Source: Salpingoeca rosetta
Taxonomy: Eukaryota > Protista > Choanoflagellata
DNA: 64,000 nucleotides
NCBI GenBank assembly: GCA_033442325.1
Contig: JAWQFM010000001.1
Location: 1,482,905-1,546,904, forward strand
Direction: 5' to 3'
Of this stretch, positions 1-22,178 are shown piece after piece (positions within the stretch are counted from its first letter, which is position 1; each line of letters starts with the position of its first letter). Position numbers and translations under genes: made by a program. Below the pieces are notes generated by a model. The model made no database searches. It saw only the letters and a list, made by a program, of their open reading frames with translations, and was not told where the DNA came from.

Positions 1-1
1 G

Positions 2-130
2 CTGGCGACGGCCTTCAACGCGCTTGTGTTCATCCTTCTGCCCAAGGACACGCCACAGCACGGCGTTGTGCTGAGGGCCATTGCGCTGCTTGCAGCCCTC
101 TACTTCTTCTCCGCGCTCGCACCAAAGTAG
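2..130 (+). CDS. 3' end of a hydrophobic (membrane) protein, partial, entering from the left edge
   Basis: Frame 2 reads LATAFNALVFILLPKDTPQHGVVLRAIALLAALYFFSALAPK* (TAG 128-130): two hydrophobic segments, followed by GA repeats. Confidence 0.6.
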   Translation: MATAFNALVFILLPKDTPQHGVVLRAIALLAALYFFSALAPK

Positions 131-579
131 CGAGAGAGTGGGGAGAGGGGGGGGGAGAGAGAGAGAGAGACAGAGAGAGAGAGACAGAGACAGAGAGAGA
201 GAGACAGACAGACAGAGACAGACAGACAGAGAGGGAGGGAGGGAGGGAGGGAGAGTGTGTGTGTGTTTGTGGGAAGCTCGCAAGCACATTCTAGTAATGG
301 TGTACGATTCGCCGCACACACACACACGTACACATGCCTGCACACATGGGTTGTTACAGGCCTTTTATGTCCACGAAGTGTGTTTGCCTGCACTGTCTGA
401 ATAGCAGATCAGTGCTCGATTAAACAACCACAGCAGCGTTTGAGCAGAGGGAGAAAGAAAGCTGTACAGGGCAGGAAGAACGGAAGAAATGAAAGCAAGC
501 AGTGGGTCCAGCAGCACAGAAAGATGAACAAACATGACAACGCGACGCAAATACGCTCACCACCATAACGCAGACATCA

Positions 580-1512
580 TTATGATGACGAGGAGGCGGA
601 GGAGGAGGGATCTTTGGCGATTTCACGAATGAACTTCTCCATTTCCTTGCGAATGACGTGTTGCTTCTCCTGCTCCGATGCGCGAGGGTTTGCCTTGATG
701 TACTCTGCAATCCTGGCAATTGTCTCCGCCTTGCATAAAACACAACACATCATCGGAGTTGCGCAGTGAGCCAGGGCGATGTGATCGCGGAGCAGTCACG
801 GAGCAGAAGGGACAGGAAGGAGGCCAGGCATGGCTGCACAGTAGAGGTGCATGCAGGGTGCGACACAACAACCGTACACGCAGCAACGCACAAGCAAGGT
901 ACGGAGGCGATATGTCACGCGCAACGTTGAGTAGACACACATGAATACACACACACACACACAATGCACACACACATGAATCCACACACACAACCACATG
1001 AATCCACACACACACACACACATGAATTCACACAAACGCACACAAACGCTCAAATACACGCAAGAACATGAATAGAGAGTCAATAAGGTCAGCGATCGCA
1101 CCCGCTTGACGTCGGCAAGCTTGGTGCGCTTGGACTTCATGCCACCCACGTAGGATGCCACGCTTGCAAAAGCCCTGTTCTTGAGCCATTTCTCCGAAAG
1201 CACCTGTGGTGTGCTTCCTTGCTTCAGCGACGAGCCCCAATACGCCACCTATTCCCACAAGGTGCGTAGACTCGCCATTAGTGCGCAGTGGCACGGTTGC
1301 AACGGCAGACACCAACACACACACACACACAACAAATGTGGAATTCGCCTCCCCCCAAAACATACGCACACAGACACACACAGACACACAGACACACACC
1401 CCCTTCCCTGGCCCAAAGAGATGAAACGGACCTGGTCCAGCGTGTGCGCAGCCTTGTCATCGACGACAAAGTAGGCAAGGTTGGCCAACGCCTGCGCTTG
1501 CTGTCCCTCCAT
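580..1512 (-). CDS. Small hypothetical protein (~125 aa, 3 exons)
   Basis: Spliced GT-AG model MEGQQAQALANLAYFVVDDKAAHTLDQ / VAYWGSSLKQG...KRTKLADVKR / AETIARIAEYIKANPRASEQEKQHVIRKEMEKFIREIAKDPSSSSASSSS*, with microsatellite introns between the exons. No family recognised. Confidence 0.6.
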
Positions 1513-1766
1513 GATCGCTTGTTCGAGGTGCGGTTTGCGGTTTGGATGTTGACTGTTGTTGTTGTTGGCTGAGAAAGCAACAAGTGCAAGCCAAGTTCTG
1601 ATGCTTTGTGAATGATTTCAAGCAACTTTCAGCACGACAAATGCTGCTCCTCCCACCACCGCCGCTGCTGTCGCTTGCTTTTCGCCTTGTTCTTCTTGTT
1701 GTTGGTTCGAGTTGCGTGTTGTGTTGTTGTGAGCAGGACCAGGAGTGGTGCGACGCACTCGCCGTC

Positions 1767-2319
1767 ATGAGTGAGGGAAAGCCAAAGGGACCCGTGAAGG
1801 GGTCTGAGGATATCATGAAGCCCAAGGCGTTTGGAACCTGCCCCAACCCCGTGCAGGAGCCGCTCAAATGGAACTGCAACCCGGAGCTGGCCAACAAGAT
1901 CTGCGCGCACAACCGCCATTTTGCAGAGCACGCCGGCTACTTCCAGGAGACGGGCTTCCTCAAGGAGGTGGACCGTACCAAGCCCACCACTTACTACGAC
2001 CCAATCACCAACAAGCCGTTGTTCGTTGCGCCCGTTGGCCGCACCTTTGAGGAGTTTGAGAAGGAGTCCAAGAGCCACGGGTGGCCGTCGTTTCGGGACG
2101 ATGAAGTGGACTGGGGGAACGTCCGCGTCCTGCCAGATGGCGAGGTCGTCTCCACCGCCGGCACGCACCTCGGTATGTCCTTACATGGCAAAGATCAAAA
2201 GCTGCATGCGTGTTGTGTGTTTTGTGTGTTGTGTTTTGTGTGTGTGTTGTTTTGTGTGTGTGTTTGTTGTTGTTGTGTTTAGTGTGTGTGTGTGTGTTGT
2301 GTTTTGTGTGTGTGTGGTG

Positions 2320-2380
<61 letters not shown>

Positions 2381-2641
2381 GAGGCCGTCAATGGTGGATG
2401 GCACAACATCTTTTGTTGCCAGCGACCACAGCACTGCTTCCACCCACCCCGTCGCTTTCTTCCTTGTTTCTCAACTCCGCCCCTCCTCATTGTACTCCCT
2501 TCCCTCCTGTCCGTCCTGTTCGTTTGCACCTCATGTTCAGGCCACAATTTGCCTGACCGCAAGGGCAACCGCTACTGCATTAACCTCGTCTGTGTTGCCG
2601 GTCGCGGGCCGAGTGAGGACGGTGCTGCCCCTTCCAGCTAA
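1767..2641 (+). CDS. msrB: Methionine-R-sulfoxide reductase B (MsrB/SelR)-like protein, divergent zinc-free type; exons 1767-2172 and 2541-2641
   Basis: GWPSF motif, THLG|HNLPD across the intron, and RYCINLVC with the catalytic Cys. A possible upstream in-frame ATG lies at 1641. Confidence 0.8.
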
Positions 2642-3064
2642 TGGCCCTGCTCGCTGTTGCTGTTGCTGCTGCAAATATGCCGTGTTGACATCTGTTGGCC
2701 TGTGGTTGCTTTCTTTGCTGCATGTTTGTTTGTGTGACTGCCCTTGTTATTCTGTGCTGCATGCATGCGTGTGTGGGTATGCGTCGGGATGTCACGTACA
2801 CGTGTCGTGTTGCGACTTGGATATGACTTGTGTCATGCGATAGTTTGCAAACACCGCCGCCGCCACCACGAAGGGGTTCCACCATTCCCACGACTGTTGT
2901 TGACATGTCGCTCTGCACCCATTCGTTGTTGCTTGTTACGTTACATTTCCATGGTCACTCAGGCTGCAATTACAACTCGGCACATTCACACAACCAAACT
3001 GGCGAGACTGTGCACAGCGTAGGCGTGCGCGCGCGCGCGCGTGTGTGTGTAATGTGTGTGTGTG

Positions 3065-3146
<82 letters not shown>

Positions 3147-3265
3147 CGTGTTATGAACAAGGAAGAGAGAAAGGACAAGGGAAAAGGAAAGAGGGGAGGA
3201 AGAGGAAAAGAGAGAAAAAAAAAAAAAAAGAAGAAGGCCGGCCGGAAGTCGGTGGAATCGTTTCT

Positions 3266-5400
<2,135 letters not shown>

Positions 5401-5463
5401 CGTCGTCGCTTGCTGTTGGCGTTCTTGGCGATTGGTGAATGTTACAACCAATTTTCTACATTC

Positions 5464-5586
<123 letters not shown>

Positions 5587-5725
5587 CTCTTCTGGTGAAC
5601 AGACTCACGGGCTTGCAAAAAACGATGGCAGGTGTGTACTGTAACGTGTTACGACACTGCATGTGGTGCGGGCGTGTGCGCGTGTGTACATGAAAGCAGA
5701 ACAAAGAGGCGTGTGGAAGGTTCGT

Positions 5726-8700
5726 TCAAGACGCATGCTGGGACAGCGTCGCCTTCAGCTCCTTCAAGAGATCCTGTGATGGCAGATGCGCCGAATACAG
5801 CTGAAGGGCATCATTCACCTTAATGTGTGTGTGCGTGGTTGAACAAGCGTGAGCAATGGAAAGGTACACTCAGGAGCGGGAACACAAACAGTACACGTCG
5901 ACCATGCACGGCCCACAACACACAGCAAAACCACACATCACACGCACCACGCAACGCACGCACCACGCAACACATTACACAATACACATTACACAACGCG
6001 CACAGTCCAAACACAGCGCGGCGGTGCGCACGATACCTGCTTGTATGCTTGCTGGAGGTCGCCTGCCTCGAGAGACATGAGGGCATAGTTGTAGTGGGGC
6101 TCGTGGATGTGTGGCGACACCTTGATTGCCGTCTGGTAGTGGCCCCGCGCATCGCCGCTGTTGCCCTTGCGTTGCTCTGTGGCACAGAGAGAGGGGAGGA
6201 GGGACGGAAAGAGAGTGTGTGGGTGTTTGTGTGTGAGAGAGAGAGAGTGTGTGTGTGTGGGCGTTTGTGTGAGAGTGTCTTTGTGTGCGTGTGTGCTTGT
6301 GTGTGTGCGCGCGCGTTTCTTTGTGTGCGTGTGTGCGTGTGTGCTTGTGAGTGAGTGTGTGTGTGTGTGTGAGTGTGAGTGTGTGTGAGAGAGAACAAGC
6401 ATTAGCTAGAGAGGAGCGTGTAAAGAAAAAAATACCAATGACGCCGAGGTTGTTGTATGCCTCTCCATTGGTGCTGTCGCACGTCACTGCGAGCACAAGC
6501 GCCTGCACGCAAGCGTGTGTAACGTCAGTACTTGCGACACAAGTGGATATGAGACAAAACAGGACAGACTTGCCTGACATGCACACGTACAGATACAAAC
6601 ACAGACACAGACACAGACACAGACACAGACACAGACACAGGCACAGACACAGACACTCACGCACACGCACAGCATGCAAAACCACCTCCCTCTCCCACCC
6701 CCCTGCCCTACACGAGGGCGTGTGGGCTGACCTCGCGAGCAAGCTTGACGTTTCCGAGCGACATGCCAACAAAGGCGATGTTGTACCAGATGTCGGACAT
6801 GGCCTCGTCGTCAGCCATCGACAGCGCCCGCTCAAAGCATCCGAGCGCCATGTCGTACTGGTGGTCATGGTGTCGGTGGTCAGCGTGATGGCGGTGGTGG
6901 TCATTGGCGGTGGTCAGCGTGATGGCGGCGGCGGTGGTCATGGTGGCGGTGGTGGGGGACGCGTGGAGAGTGGATGAGTCAATGAACTTTTGGAAGAAGC
7001 GATCCCTCTATCAAGTCACAAACACACGCGTGCACACATGCACACACAAACACACATGCACACACATGCAGGTGTGCGTACTGTACCTGCTGTGCTTGGA
7101 AGCATGAGAGGCCCAAGTTGTTGAAGAGCTCTGCACTCTCCACGCCCATCTGCAGCAAGCGCCTGCAACATGCAGCCAGCATGGGCAATCGCGCAGGTTT
7201 TCAACAAAGCAAGAGGGCGTGAGTGGCACATATACACACGTGATTGAGAACCACAAGCAATTGCAACGCGCACACACGCACACACACGCAAGCACGCACA
7301 AGGTTCATATGTGAGGGGATGTGACCTGTAGAAGACGAGGGCAATCTCGGGCTGGTCGCCGTAAAACTTGTCTGCCGCCAGCGACGCAATCGCCTCCACA
7401 TTCGTGCTGGCGGTGATGATGATATTGATGGTGGGCGAGGGAGGGACAACGAAGGCAGCTGCGCATGAAGAATCGCATCGCCACACACACACACACATGC
7501 ATACACACACATGCATACACACAAACAAGCACACACACACAAACATACATACATACATTCATACACACACATACATACATACATACATACATACATACAT
7601 ACATACATACATACATACATACATACATACATACATACATACATACATTCATACACACACACACACATACATACATACATACATACATACATACATACAT
7701 ACATACATACATACATACATACATACATACATACATACATACACACATACATACATACATACATACATACATACATACATACATACATACATACATACAA
7801 GCGCGCGCAAGATTAAGGCGTTGTCACGGACCTGTCCACCTTGAGAAGTTTCTTGTACTCCTCCACGGATTTCGTCAGGTCGCCAATGCCCTCAAACACG
7901 CGAGCGATGCCTGCAAGCAAGACTGGCTCGTCGGGAAACTTCTCAAGGCCCTCGCGGTAGCACTGAATTGCGTTCTGCGGCTGGTCCATGCGGATGTAGA
8001 CCTTGGCCAGAAGCATGCAGGCAAGGATGCTTGGCGTCTGCTTGAAGCTTGACTTGAGCTGCTTCTCCGCATCACGAAACAGATTCAGGCGGTGGTAGCA
8101 GAACCCGAGGATCGCTGGTGGTGGTGTCAGTGGTGGTGTTGGTGGTGGTGTTGGTGGTGGTGTCAGTGGTGGTGAGATGGCGAAGGTGGCAATCGGTTCA
8201 GGGGAGCGGCACATAGATATGCGTACACGTAAGCACAATCACATTCATGCATGCGCTCGCAAACCCCCTCAACACATCATCAACACAAACTCATGGCAAC
8301 ATAATAACACACACGCACACACACTCACACACACACACTCTCTCTCTCACTCTCTCTCTCTCTCAACACCGCACCCAAAACTGACCTTTCCACCACCAGT
8401 CCTGGAAGCGCGCTGCCTCTGTTGCGTAGGCGGCGAGTTCCATCGCTTTGCCCGTGTCGTTGAGCACGTGCAGAATGTACAGCACCAGCGCACGCGCCAA
8501 CCCCCGCCGGAACGCATACTTGCGGAGATCAAGCTTGCTCACGTCAATGAATGTACCGTCATCGCCGCTCAGCATGCTCGCCTGCACACACGCACGCATG
8601 ATGCATCAGCAGACAATCAGAAGAGGAGCGTGTCAGCGACACGCATACACAACCCACGTCACATGCTCGTTGCGTCACATACGCACGCGATGAAAAATCA

Positions 8701-8980
8701 TGTAGGGAAGCATGCAAAAACACACACAGACACATGCAAATACGGAGGTGCACACACACGCGCGCGCGCATGTACACGCGCACACGGATGTATGGTCACG
8801 CACGGTTCCGAGGCGAACGTAGCGGCCGGAAGCGCTTGTGACGGGACGGGAGGTTGCACTGCGCGCGGTTCGCACGGCGGCCTCCATCGTCGATGGGCGG
8901 GCGCCCTGGGTCCCTGGCCGCGCAAACCCGCTCACAGGCCGCCCAGACTTGGACATGGGCCTGCACAATACACGCGCACA

Positions 8981-9049
<69 letters not shown>

Positions 9050-10015
9050 GCATGGATTGACGGATGAATTGGGGTGAGTTGGACGAATTCGTTCATCCAC
9101 ACACACACACACACACATACACGTGCAAACACAGCGGCTTGTTCACATCATACCTGATGCCGCGGCTGGAGCCAGAGTCTGTGAGCGGCCGTGAAAACGA
9201 TGTTCCAGGCCCTGTGTGCATTTAATCGCGCGTTGGTCGTGTGGTGAGCAAGCGGTACCATGTGATCGCCTTATTCAACAAAACAGCTGTAGTCCCGAGC
9301 AGACACACACGTCATGGACAAGCGCAAAGGCTGCAAGCGTCAGCCTTTGAAACTGACGTGGAACGCTGGCCACGGCGTTCTCGTCCAGCATAACCTCAGC
9401 AAGGCCCTCCTCCTCCAGTTCTGTCTCGTCGATGCGCACATCTTCTGTCAAGCAGCGCGTCTTCAAATACCACGCCGCCTGGTGTCCGTCGAGGCAAATG
9501 ACAGCGTAAGTGAAGGTTGGATTGCGTGTGTGTGTGTGGGTGGGTGTGTGTGTGGGTGCGTGCATGTGAATGCATATGTGTGTGTGTGCGTGTGCGTGCG
9601 TGTGAATGCATATGTGTGTGTGTGTGTGTGTGCGTGCGTGCATTATGTGTGCATGTGTGGATGGGTCTGCACAGCAGGTGAAAGCAGGCACATCGTAGCA
9701 GACCCATCCCACGATGCTCACCTTGTCATACGGATTCTTGGCCAGCAATTCAGAGCACACGTCCTACACGCACACGCACACGCACACGCACGCACACACA
9801 TTGACATACATGTCAGAGTTAGGAAAATGGCGGATGAGTCGGCGCAGCGGCAGCAAGCCGCCATCCAAACCTCAGCGACGTGCATCAACACCAGCGCAAA
9901 CAAACACAGACACAAAAAATAAAAAATAAGAATAAAGGACACTTGCCGCGGCCTCTGTGTATCGTCGCCTTCTGAACAGGAAGTGGGCATAGAACAAGGG
10001 ATCAACCCCTTCCAT
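5726..10015 (-). CDS. TTC8: Tetratricopeptide repeat protein 8 / BBSome subunit BBS8, multi-exon
   Basis: Exons [15 protein letters not shown]; LLAKNPYDK; AAWYLK...[16 protein letters not shown]; [11 protein letters not shown]; [15 protein letters not shown]; DWWWK; [11 protein letters not shown]; [10 protein letters not shown]...DQPEIAL; [12 protein letters not shown]; DIWYNI; EAYNNLGV; HEPHYNYAL are characteristic BBS8 motifs. Confidence 0.95.
7545..7798. repeat. (TACA)n tetranucleotide microsatellite in a BBS8 intron
   Basis: About 250 bp of catacata... Similar (TATG)n tracts lie at about 23332-23425 and 46960-47070. Confidence 0.95.
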
Positions 10016-10184
10016 CGTTGCCTGCTGTTGTCTGTTGGTGTGGCCGCTGTGTCTGCTTCTCAGTGCATCCGCTTCAACGTCGCAGCCAGCGTTCACAACT
10101 GCCAAACAACGGCGGAGAGATTTTGCCAACTTTCAACAAGTGGTAAACACAGAAACGCCCACAGCTCGCCACTGCAGATTAGTG

Positions 10185-10369
10185 TTTGAAAACATGACAA
10201 GGAAAATTATTTGAAATTTTAAACCAATCGTCATTGCCCGCCAAAAAACCGCTCGAACAGCTGTGTTTTGTGCGACTTCCCGCACAACACCGGAACCACT
10301 GCACACATACGTCCATCGTCGTGCTTGTGCTTGGCGTGTGAGATCCTCTCTCCCTTCTCTTCTTCCCGC
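10185..10369. promoter_or_regulatory. Bidirectional BBS8/MCM6 promoter with CHR-like, CCAAT and E2F-like motifs
   Basis: TTTGAA at 10185-10190 and 10210-10215; TTTAAA 10218-10223; CCAAT 10224-10228; GCCCGCCAAAA (TTTTGGCGGGC on minus) 10236-10246; TTCCCGC 10277-10283 and 10363-10369. Confidence 0.5.
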
Positions 10370-10469
10370 ACACAGCAGCTCACAGCAGCAGCAGCAGCAC
10401 ACAGCGACTCGCGACACAGCTCACGACATCACAGCATTCAAACGCACACACATACGTGAACACGGGATC

Positions 10470-18277
<7,808 letters not shown>

Positions 18278-18888
18278 ACATACACACACATACACACGCA
18301 TACACACGCATACATACATTCATGACACATGTGCACGTGTAGTTCCTACAAGAATCACGCAGACGTGCACGCACATCCTCTTCATGCTTGCTTGCCCCTG
18401 TTCACACGCCGCTGTTTCGTTCTGGCCTGCACGTTCCTTCTTCATTGTTGTGCGCCCACCTTCTTCTTATCAAGACCTGGTGCTGATAGCAGTGTACTGT
18501 TCTTGCATGATGTGCTGTTATTGTGTCTCTTCCATCTCTTCTCTCTCTCTCTCTACCTTCCCATCACCACTCATCCTAGGACGCCCATATGTTTTGTTTG
18601 CTTTGTTTGCTTGCGTGTTACGTTGTTCATTGTTTGAGTACATCTTGTTCCCGCGTTTTGTTGACATGGCACGCGAATAACAGCAGTGATGAATGAATGC
18701 ACAGAACGTGTAACCAAGAGAACCAAGGGAGAGAAGGAGAAAGGGGGAGGCAGAGAGAAAGAGAGATCGTGCAAATCAGAAAGCGGACACACGTGTCCTT
18801 CCACCGCAACACCACAACACCACGCACGACAACGAAGCAATCGCTGGTGGAATGTGTGTGTGTGTGTGAGAGAGAGAGAGAGGCTTCA

Positions 18889-19057
18889 CTACTGCTTGCC
18901 AAGCTGTTCCCTGAGCTCCTTGATCTGGTGGTTCTTCGTGTCGAGCATCTTGCGCATGTTCACAAACTGCGGCGCCGCGTGCACTTTCGCCTCCAGCGCC
19001 GCCTCCACCTCACGCAACTTGGCAGACAGCGACAGAATCTCCGCCTGCAGTGCAAGG

Positions 19058-19128
<71 letters not shown>

Positions 19129-19931
19129 TGAGTGAGTGAGAGTACATGCAGTCGTAACAACCAACAAAAGCGACAGCAGGACAGCCGCAGCACGAGCCAA
19201 TGCGAGTGTGCAAGCAAAGTATTACAGCGCAACCCAAACGTCGCACCTTTGCAGATTTGAGCTCGGTCTCCACTTTGTCTTTTGCCTTCTCAAGCTGTTG
19301 GTACAGCAGCAATGCATGTCGTGCAGCGTGAGGTGGCGGTGAAACAAGGACTGATCCTCCAACGCACACAACAGACACAAGTCACACACATACACGCACA
19401 CGCACACACACACACACGCACACGCACACGCACACACACACATGCACATGCACACGGTGCACGTACCTCTTGCACCTGTTGCTTGGCTTTGTCGCCATTG
19501 CCACTTGGCTGCGCTGACGTTGGCGGTGGCTTTGGCACAGGTGTTGACGTTGTTGCTGTTGCTGTTGCTGCTTTTGCTTCCAACTCCGCAATCCTCTGCT
19601 TCAACGCCTCGTTTTCCTTTGCAACCTCAACAGCCTGACCAACGCGTTGAGGTGTGCGTGTGTGTGCGTTTGTGCGTGTGTGTGCGTTTGTGCGTGTGTG
19701 TGTGTGTGTAAGTGTGTGTGTGTGTGTGCGTTTGTGCGTATGTGTGCGTGTGTGTGCTTATGAGGCAAGCTGCCAGCACCGCTGGGGAAAAGTGACTCTT
19801 CTCACCCTTCCACACACACATACACACACACAAACATCCCCTCTCACGTTCATCCTCTTCTCTCACCCTCTGGTCCGCCCGCTGCTGCGCATCGCGCGCC
19901 GTCTGCACTTCAGACCTGAGCGCGTCCATCT

Positions 19932-19962
<31 letters not shown>

Positions 19963-20235
19963 TGTGTGTGTGTGTGTGTGTGTGTTAGCTGATTTTGGAT
20001 TTGCGTGTGGGGAAGGGTGGAGATGCATGCACGAGCGTGTGTGTGGCGGCGGTGACGCACGTGTTTAATGAGCGCTGGGGACGCAGACTCCTTGAGCGGC
20101 TCCAACTTCGGGGCGCCGAGCGACTGGACGGTCGGGGGAACGCGCGAGCAGTGACATCATACGTGAGAAAACAAAACAGAGTACAGGGTATGCGCGACAC
20201 ACACCACGCACACACACACACACACACTGATACAC

Positions 20236-20266
<31 letters not shown>

Positions 20267-21350
20267 CGAGCTTGCTGATTCCTGGCGCTCAAAGCGGGCA
20301 ATGTCGTCCAGCGCATGTCTATCAGTGCGCGCAGCACAAGGCGAGCAAGGGGTAAGCTGAACCGGAGGTGCAAACGGGGGGGGGGGTTGTAGAGGCGTCG
20401 TCGTTGCACTGTCTGCCTGCTCAACTTTCTCAAGTCCATGAAATCCAACACGGTGCGATTGAAGGCTCTGTACTTTCACCTGTCCTCGAGCGTGCCCGTC
20501 TCCAGCTTGAATGTCAGCTTCCACTCCTCGCCTTGCTCCATCATCTGCACCACGCAGGCAGTGATGAGCAACCACCAGCACCAACAGCGATCATGCCCAG
20601 ATCAAGAACCAGACACACATGCCGACTCAAGTGCACAGCACACACACACACGCACGCACGCACACACGCACGCAACCGCGGCAAGTGCCGGTGACATGAG
20701 CAGACTAATAGGGTTGTGAAAGCACCTTTCGCAGGACAAGGACGTTTGTGTGAGAGCTGTTGATGAGTTCTGTCTCCACATCTCCCTTTACGACGTCGCA
20801 TAGCCCATCCACCATGTCTTCTACTTCCTCCCTCGTGAACGTGGAATCTTGCAGCCTGCACCAGACGAATGTGAGAAGGGTGTGCATGTTGGTGCAGTGG
20901 TGCAGTGGTGCAGTGCTGCGTCGGGCCTTTCCAGAGGCACATATGCACATGTATACACAGATGAACAGGTACATCCACACTCACAGGCACATCCACACAT
21001 CCACACATCCACACATCCACACATGTCTACAGAACCACACATCGATACACACATACGCACTCATGACGCACCTGCTTTCTTTGAGATCGGTGAAGGTGGC
21101 TTCAATGTCGCGAACGTGCTGTGTGCGCTTGTACCGCATAAACGCAAGGTAGTCCTTGCACACATGCTTGTGTGTCTCATTCAACTTGTCCTATACACAC
21201 ACACACACACGTGAGGTTGCAACCAAACCAAGCGACAAGCAAGAGGTGGTCGCGTGAGAGAGCAAACCAAGCGCACCGACGAGGGTAACACTCAACAAGC
21301 AACAACAGAACACAAACACAGCGACTGCAACAAGCAAGCGCGCTCACCAT
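18889..21350 (-). CDS. LZTFL1: Leucine zipper transcription factor-like 1 (BBS17), 10 exons; first coding exon is the ATG alone
   Basis: LNETHKHVCKDYLAFMRYKR...TFTDLKESRLQDSTFTREEV...VETELINSSHTNVLVLR; PKLEPL; C-terminal FVNMRKMLDTKNHQIKELREQL closely parallel animal LZTFL1. Confidence 0.93.
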
Positions 21351-21490
21351 CTTCGTTGCTGTTGCTGTTGCTCCTTCTTGTTTTCTTCTTCTTCTTCTTC
21401 TTCTTGCTTGCTTGTGAAAAAACGGTCGCAAAAACCATTCACGCACAAACACACGCACGCACACGCAGGCAGGCAGTGACACCCGCCAAT

Positions 21491-22128
21491 ATGGATCTGC
21501 TGTTGAGCAAGTCGAAGGAGCTTGCACGACGCACGCGCGATGGCGTGCAGCGACGCGTGGATGTGAACGACCCCGTGCGCCTGCTGGCTGTTGCCCAGGC
21601 GCACGCTCGCCCCGCCCACCACCAAGACAAAACCATGCACACCCTCAACGCGTACGAGAAGCACCACAAAAGAGAGAAAGAGGGAGACATACGAAGAGGG
21701 TGTGTGTGTGTGCCTGCGCGCGTGCGTGCATTGTGTAGTGAGTGTAGTGAGTGGATATGCTTCAGTGCTCTGTGTGGTGTGTGTGTGTGTGTGCCTGACA
21801 ACATCTCTCTCAGGACGTTGTCCTCGAAGCCTTGCTTTGCTTTGACACATGTCTGCGCACGTTCTTGGTCTCACACTTTTGTCTGCGCACACACGGCAGG
21901 CAACGGTTGCTTGGGGACCAAATGGATGTGGACAACTACCTCCACCTGAAGAACGTCAAGCTCATGACAGCTGCCGAGCCTTTCATCTCCTCTCAACCAG
22001 CCTCTGTCGAGGTGAGCTCGTCCTTGTTCTGCAGTACACGCCGCGGTGTTGCCACTGTTTTGTGTACGCATGTTGTATCCACAGAAGTGCCATCGCTGAC
22101 ACTAGCAACAATACACTGTGCATGACCG

Positions 22129-22178
<50 letters not shown>

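Noticed and set aside
2541-2641. Possible selenoprotein MsrB
   Set aside because: The catalytic residue is TGC (Cys), and there is no in-frame TGA.
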